A DNA stretch of 29,023 bases from Sedimentisphaerales bacterium (GTDB lineage: Bacteria > Planctomycetota > Phycisphaerae > Sedimentisphaerales > Anaerobacaceae), in the NCBI GenBank assembly GCA_016934255.1, contig JAFGTG010000098.1:1-29023 (forward strand), written 5' to 3'. Each line of letters opens with the position of its first letter. Positions within the stretch are counted from its first letter, which is position 1. Under the pieces are notes generated by a model. The model was not told the origin of the DNA. It saw only the letters and a list, made by a program, of their open reading frames with translations, and did no database searches. A program made the translations under genes and the position numbers. This document shows positions 25,109-29,023 of the stretch, in pieces.

Positions 25109-26377
25109 ATGAAACGGATTATCATAATGCCTTCGATAATTATATTCTCTTTATTCTTCGTAAATCATGCTTTCGGACGCCCAACGGCAAGAGATCGCGT
25201 TAAGAAGACATCGCCGATTCGACGGATCGATCCGGTAGCTCCCAAACTACCCGGCCAGGTCACTCTTCGCAATATACCTGACCCAACGGCGATCAATGTT
25301 GTCAAAACAGGCACGTTTACCGAGGAAAGACCGTTCCGAATAACCGCATGTACGCTCAACGACGGCACTATTTTCATCGGTTGGGAGGCGTTCGCCGACA
25401 TGGCGGGGCAGTCCCACAAAGGGCGAGCCGGCCGGGGCGCCAGGTATAACACACAATTCCAGCGACTCGGTGTCGATATGATCTACACGGCCACGCGAGA
25501 CAGCTATTTTCTGGAAAGCAACAATTCGGTGCCGCTTTCCAATGGGAACGTTTTGCTCGCCTTTAATGACAAAGTGGACGAGCGAAACGGCGTCGGGCAG
25601 GGCAAATATGTACTGTTAAGCCCGCAGATGAGAGTTCTCGTCGGTCCGGTCACATTCTGCCAGCGCGACGCGAAAAGCATCTCGGCCACGTCCATGCTAG
25701 ACGGCGACGCCGCACTGATCGCCTATGGCGATACCACCTCCCCCACATATCAGGGCAAGTTTCTCATCGTCGATTCGAGCGGCAAGATCATCACCCAACC
25801 CAAGGCCTACACGAATAAAGGGGATGTTACAGAGGTCGCGGCGGGAACGACCTGGAACGGTAAGGCGTTCGTCGCCTACAACTGTTCCGAAAACGGCAGC
25901 CTGACCCTGGAAGTCAACGTCCTCGGCAATATATCACGGTGGTCGAGGTCGCTATTCAATTATCAAACCGTAACGGGCCTTGCCGTATGCCCCTTATCCA
26001 ATAAGAACACGCTCGTCCTGTGCAACCGACAGGGGACTGCCTGTTCCCTATTAATCGGCCCGGACGGAAAGTACATCGGCGGCTTTCAGCAGTTCCACTC
26101 GGAGCAGGCCCACGATATGCAAGCCACATTGCTCAGCAACGACAACGTCTTTGTTAGTTTCACCACGCCCAACGAAAAGGCGATGTGTGTTGTGTTGGAT
26201 CCGACCGGCAAACGGATCAAAGGTCCTAAAGCTCTCTGTGAAGGCTACAATGTCGAGTCCGGCCTGGGTACCATCGCCCAGACGAAGCTCCATAACGATA
26301 TGGTCGTCGTTATCACGCACGGTTACAGAAAGGCCCCGCACAACGATAATATTACACTCTGGACTGTTCTGAAGTAA
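25109..26377 (+). CDS. Secreted repeat protein, probably a six-bladed beta-propeller-like fold
   Basis: Signal peptide MKRIIIMPSIIIFSLFFVNHAFG after an AGGGGA RBS. Six ~45-60-aa repeats share L-x-N/D-G/N-x-hydrophobic-hydrophobic-x-F/Y: LSNGNVLLAFND, LDGDAALIAYGD, WNGKAFVAYNCSENG, LSNKNTLVLCNRQG, LSNDNVFVSFTTPNE, LHNDMVVVITHGY. Confidence 0.55.
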   Translation: MKRIIIMPSIIIFSLFFVNHAFGRPTARDRVKKTSPIRRIDPVAPKLPGQVTLRNIPDPTAINVVKTGTFTEERPFRITACTLNDGTIFIGWEAFADMAGQSHKGRAGRGARYNTQFQRLGVDMIYTATRDSYFLESNNSVPLSNGNVLLAFNDKVDERNGVGQGKYVLLSPQMRVLVGPVTFCQRDAKSISATSMLDGDAALIAYGDTTSPTYQGKFLIVDSSGKIITQPKAYTNKGDVTEVAAGTTWNGKAFVAYNCSENGSLTLEVNVLGNISRWSRSLFNYQTVTGLAVCPLSNKNTLVLCNRQGTACSLLIGPDGKYIGGFQQFHSEQAHDMQATLLSNDNVFVSFTTPNEKAMCVVLDPTGKRIKGPKALCEGYNVESGLGTIAQTKLHNDMVVVITHGYRKAPHNDNITLWTVLK

Positions 26378-26516
26378 ATGACCCCGTCTTTTCTCAACGA
26401 TTCGATAGATACATACGAATCGAGATTTCATCTTGATTTCGAACGTCGAGATTGATATAATCATTTCGTGGGGTGTTTGTTTACGTAACCTCTTGATGGA
26501 AAGGGGATTTAAGGTC

Positions 26517-27269
26517 ATGCAGGAACGACGAGGATTCACTCTGATCGAATTGCTTGTGGTCATCGCGATTATCGCATTATTGATGGGGATCCTCATGCCG
26601 GCGCTCCAACGAGTGAGAAAACAGGCGCGGACCGTGTATTGCCAGAGCAGCCTCAAGCAAATCGGTGTCGCGATGCACGCCTACGTTCTCGATTATGACG
26701 ATTTCGTCCCCCGCGCGCTGGACCATCACGTCAAATGGCTCCTGGTTTTCATGCCGTACCTGGGCACGGAATACAAAAGGGCCCAGGATTATCGCGAAGT
26801 GGACATCTATCAGTGTCCCTCCTTTCCCCGCAACGGTACCGGCCTGAACGGTCATTCAAACGCCGACCAGACCGTGGATTACGTTGTCAACGCCTGGGAC
26901 ATGGACAATCCCGGCCTGACCAGCGGCAACAAAGGCATCCAAAGAGATGAGCCGACCAAGCTCTCCAGCATCAGATCTCCCGCCCAGCGGATTTACCTGG
27001 CCGACAACGAAGCGGGGGAGTGGCGTCCCGTCGTTCGTGACCGATACGAGCTGGAAGACATGTCCAGGTTCAACTTATTAGACGTCTGGTCGAGCACGCA
27101 CATGCCCGCTTCGGACCAGGAGACTCGGGGCAGCAACCTGACGCGGCGCGTCGCCGCCGATCGGCATCGCGGCTCCGGCTGCAATAACCTGTTTTTCGAC
27201 GGACGGGCCGACTGGCTCCACAAGGACGAAAACACCACGCGCTTCTGGTGCGGCCAAGAGTTACCCTGA
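26517..27269 (+). CDS. DUF1559 (H-X9-DG) family protein with prepilin-type N-terminal cleavage/methylation domain (second copy)
   Basis: [56 protein letters not shown].. with C-terminal ..[20 protein letters not shown] (H-Xn-DG). AAGG RBS. The track ORF starts at 26433. Confidence 0.8.
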   Translation: MQERRGFTLIELLVVIAIIALLMGILMPALQRVRKQARTVYCQSSLKQIGVAMHAYVLDYDDFVPRALDHHVKWLLVFMPYLGTEYKRAQDYREVDIYQCPSFPRNGTGLNGHSNADQTVDYVVNAWDMDNPGLTSGNKGIQRDEPTKLSSIRSPAQRIYLADNEAGEWRPVVRDRYELEDMSRFNLLDVWSSTHMPASDQETRGSNLTRRVAADRHRGSGCNNLFFDGRADWLHKDENTTRFWCGQELP

Positions 27270-27352
27270 CGTACGATCCCCGAGTCGGACTGGACGTCGC
27301 TACCCCATTCGACATATAAAACGGAACACAACCGGAGGACTTTCCCTTCCCG

Positions 27353-28162
27353 TCAGTTGTTTTCCATATTCTGCCCTCCATCGTTTGCCTTCTGTCCCGT
27401 GATTTCCGCCTTCTGATGAGAAAAATTGGCTTTGTTAGGTCGTGGTGTAATACGGGTGAGAAGTTCATATTCCTTTTGCTCAAAAGGACTTAGCTCTTCC
27501 CGGTCCGTTGCAAATTGGCTTTGTTTTTCGCATTTCGTGTCGCGGGCGTCTCGCCCGCGCGTCACGCGGGCATCTTGCCCGCGAGAAGGGACCGCCTCCG
27601 TCTCGACCGTCTCGGTCTGCTCTTGTTTTCGCGCAACCTGAAGGTTCTTAAGCTCGCCCATCGTCTTGAACAGGCTCGCCTCGAACCGTCGCTCATACAT
27701 CGATAGCCGCTCCAGCACCCGGTTGCCCTCGAAGTCCCACTTGGCAATCACACCCAGAACCAGATCGTCATAACAGCGTTTCGTGTTCTTCGACAACCGG
27801 CACGGCTGTCCGGTCATCAGTGACTTGCTCAGAATTGGCCTCGAGCAGTTGATTTCGTCTTTGATTCTCACGTCGATCACCACATCGTGCATCTGAGCAG
27901 CGCGTTTGAGCCGCCACGTCAGGCTGACGATCCGCTCGGCGAGAATGGCTTCCATCGCGCCGACGGGGTAGAGCTCCCTGAGCATTTCGTCGCGTAACGC
28001 GTCGTATTCCGCCTGATTTTCGCTAATGACCACGTCTTTCCGCGCGAAAAGGCCGTGTTTCGTCGCATTTTGCGCCACCGTCGCTTTTCCTTCAGCCGTT
28101 CGCGGCCCGGTTGATTGTTGTGCATTGTGTCGATTGGCCAGAAGCTGTGCTTGAGTCGCCAT
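27353..28162 (-). CDS. Hypothetical protein with an internal Arg/Asp-rich repeat
   Basis: 269-aa ORF with a strong GGGAGG RBS 8 nt upstream of the ATG at 28162. It contains the repeat RGQDARVT/RGRDARDT, encoded by two tandem GC hairpins, and has a Q/K-rich C-terminus. Its start faces a ~750-bp AT-rich repeat-dense region. No family recognised. Confidence 0.55.
   Translation of the reverse strand: MATQAQLLANRHNAQQSTGPRTAEGKATVAQNATKHGLFARKDVVISENQAEYDALRDEMLRELYPVGAMEAILAERIVSLTWRLKRAAQMHDVVIDVRIKDEINCSRPILSKSLMTGQPCRLSKNTKRCYDDLVLGVIAKWDFEGNRVLERLSMYERRFEASLFKTMGELKNLQVARKQEQTETVETEAVPSRGQDARVTRGRDARDTKCEKQSQFATDREELSPFEQKEYELLTRITPRPNKANFSHQKAEITGQKANDGGQNMENN
27541..27583. repeat. Two tandem GC-rich hairpin palindromes CGCGGGC-n5-GCCCGCG (27541-27559 and 27565-27583) inside CDS 27353..28162
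   Basis: Seen directly. Each is a 7-bp perfect GC stem with a 5-nt loop. Together they encode the peptide repeat RGQDARVT/RGRDARDT in frame. Confidence 0.6.
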
Positions 28163-28180
28163 GATAGAAACCTCCCGAAT

Positions 28181-28210
28181 TGACTATTGATTATTGACTT
28201 GTGACTATTG
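28181..28210. repeat. Direct repeat TGACTATTG x2 (28181-28189 and 28202-28210; 21-bp phasing) with TTGACT -35-like hexamers, just upstream of the divergent start of gene 27353..28162
   Basis: Seen directly: gaatTGACTATTGattatTGACTtgTGACTATTGttt. Confidence 0.5.
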
Positions 28211-28379
28211 TTTATGAATTGTACATAATCTATGTTAATGTAATAGTTTAATGTATATCAAATAATATGTAAAGTAATAATAAAATAATACACGGAAATA
28301 ATTCTTGATTTGGGCATGTTGATGCATAGGGTAGGGTGCGATGGTTCGCACCAATCGAGAAGCGGAACAAGCAACGTGG

Positions 28380-28423
28380 TGTAAAATTGTAAATATATGT
28401 AAAAAAATGTAAATTATTGTAAT
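28380..28423. repeat. Five helically phased TGTAA(A/T) boxes (starts 28380, 28388, 28398, 28408, 28418): phased A-tract or iteron-like array
   Basis: Seen directly: tgtaaaattgtaaatatatgtaaaaaaatgtaaattattgtaatc, spacing 8/10/10/10 bp. Confidence 0.6.
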
Positions 28424-28430
28424 CTTTTGA

Positions 28431-28452
28431 CACAGATTTCACAGATTTCACG
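28431..28452. repeat. Tandem 11-mer CACAGATTTCA x2
   Basis: Seen directly: cacagatttcacagatttcacgg. Confidence 0.55.
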
Positions 28453-28493
28453 GTTTTTGAAACTTAAAGCAATAATCAATCGTCAATATTAAA

Positions 28494-28648
28494 GCACTCT
28501 AACAAAACTGAGGTCTTATGCGTTTGTCATTCTGGAGCGCAGCGAAGAATCTCAATCTATGCGCATGAATAGAGACCCCTCGCTACGCTCAGAGCCTGCC
28601 CTGAGCTTGTCGAATGGGGTGACAAGGGTGAGGTTTTGTTAGAGTGCC
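28494..28648. repeat. 155-bp nested-palindrome element bounded by 15-bp perfect terminal inverted repeats (GCACTCTAACAAAAC ... GTTTTGTTAGAGTGC): MITE-like or structured RNA
   Basis: Seen directly. Internal inverted pairs: GAGCGCAGCGAAG (28545-28557) with CCTCGCTACGCTC (28578-28590); the palindrome TCTATGCGCATGAATAGA at the centre; TTGTCATTC with GAATGGGGTGACAA. Confidence 0.55.
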
Positions 28649-28844
28649 TAAAGAGTAGGGTGGGCCTTGGCCCATCGATAACGTTTGAAACATTTCGACT
28701 CAACCTCGGTAAATCATCACAAAGAGATTTGTGTAGGATGGATCCGCCTTTGGCGGATTACCCATGCTGGCAATTAACAATCAGTATACCTTTAATTATC
28801 CAGTCACTCATATCAGAAATGTAAATGAAGTGTCTTGTCGTTGG

Positions 28845-28911
28845 CTAATCACTAATCAAGCTCTGACCCCATAAATACTCCCTAATCAAGCTCTGACCCT
28901 ATAAATACTCC
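28845..28911. repeat. Tandem 30-bp direct repeat CTAATCAAGCTCTGACCC(C/T)ATAAATACTCC, 2.2 copies (28852-28881 and 28882-28911, plus a partial CTAATCA at 28845-28851)
   Basis: Seen directly. The two full units differ at one base. Each contains a TATAAAT-like box. Confidence 0.7.
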
Positions 28912-28945
28912 TCCGGATATAGTCACGGAGTCAATCATCGTTAAC

Positions 28946-29023
28946 CGGTGAGGATGTTTTCAAAGGGATCGAAACCGTTGAGGTCGCGGCGGACAGGATG
29001 GCTTTTTTAAGGGTGTCGCAGGA
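28946..29023 (-). CDS. Possible 3' end of a gene running off the right edge (..SCDTLKKAILSAATSTVSIPLKTSSPVNDD*)
   Basis: Only one of the three reverse frames is open across the last 78 bp and ends in TGA at about 28946; the other two frames have stops. The fragment is too short to assign. Confidence 0.2.

Noticed and set aside
28335-28352. GC-rich hairpin GGTGCGA-tggt-TCGCACC, considered as a tRNA T-arm or terminator
   Set aside because: No cloverleaf context such as an acceptor or anticodon stem can be built around it. No T-tract follows on either strand.
28794-28802. TTATCCAGT as a DnaA box
   Set aside because: It is only a 7/9 match to TTATCCACA and a single occurrence. It is insufficient to call an oriC on its own.
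28636-28824. 62-aa plus-strand ORF in the AT-rich repeat locus
   Set aside because: It begins inside the terminal repeat of the palindromic element and has no RBS. It is likely spurious.
28845-28911. 30-bp tandem repeats as a possible CRISPR array
   Set aside because: The units are contiguous with no intervening spacers, there are only about two copies, and no cas genes are in the window.

Overview
The window is dominated by accessory-type genes and reads like a PVC-superphylum bacterium (Planctomycetota, Lentisphaerota or Verrucomicrobiota-like). The basis is two DUF1559-type proteins carrying a prepilin N-terminal cleavage/methylation motif ('[17 protein letters not shown]'), PQQ-like beta-propellers and roughly 50% GC. 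This taxonomic guess is inference only.

Genes, left to right:
- 1..485 (-): the 5' part of a GH9 glycoside hydrolase, running off the left edge.
- 692..2761 (+): an NfeD-like membrane protein and a flotillin (SPFH) protein, a classic yuaF/yuaG-type pair.
- 2758..5339 (-): a three-gene operon encoding a HEAT-repeat protein, a PQQ beta-propeller and a DUF1559 pseudopilin-like protein.
- 5525..7885 (-): a large secreted subtilase-like peptidase with a C-terminal MAM domain.
- 8026..10910 (-): a small hypothetical protein, a cytoplasmic PAS-PAS histidine kinase and a LuxR-type response regulator.
- 11345..13822 (+): a secreted BNR-repeat plus PQQ-propeller protein.
- 13848..16013 (-): a secreted papain-family (C1) cysteine peptidase with a long C-terminal extension.
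- 16318..22952 (+): a TetR regulator followed by a TolC-like lipoprotein, a periplasmic adaptor and an RND permease.
- 23000..28160: a lower-GC stretch encoding a crotonase-fold protein with its catalytic glutamates replaced, two hypothetical proteins, a secreted repeat (propeller-like) protein, a second DUF1559 protein and an orphan 269-aa protein.
- 28163..28911: about 750 bp of AT-rich, repeat-dense non-coding DNA. It contains two TGACTATTG copies, five helically phased TGTAAA boxes, a tandem 11-mer, a 155-bp nested-palindrome element with 15-bp terminal inverted repeats, and 2.2 copies of a 30-bp tandem repeat.

I see no rRNA, tRNA, CRISPR array, transposase or integrase.

The most unusual items are:
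- the repeat-dense AT-rich locus at the right end;
- a MITE-like inverted-repeat element between the RND operon and the crotonase-like gene;
- a beta-propeller plus DUF1559 two-gene module present twice;
- a structured intergenic region with competing hairpins;
- an unusual subtilase His-box and a catalytically degenerate crotonase.
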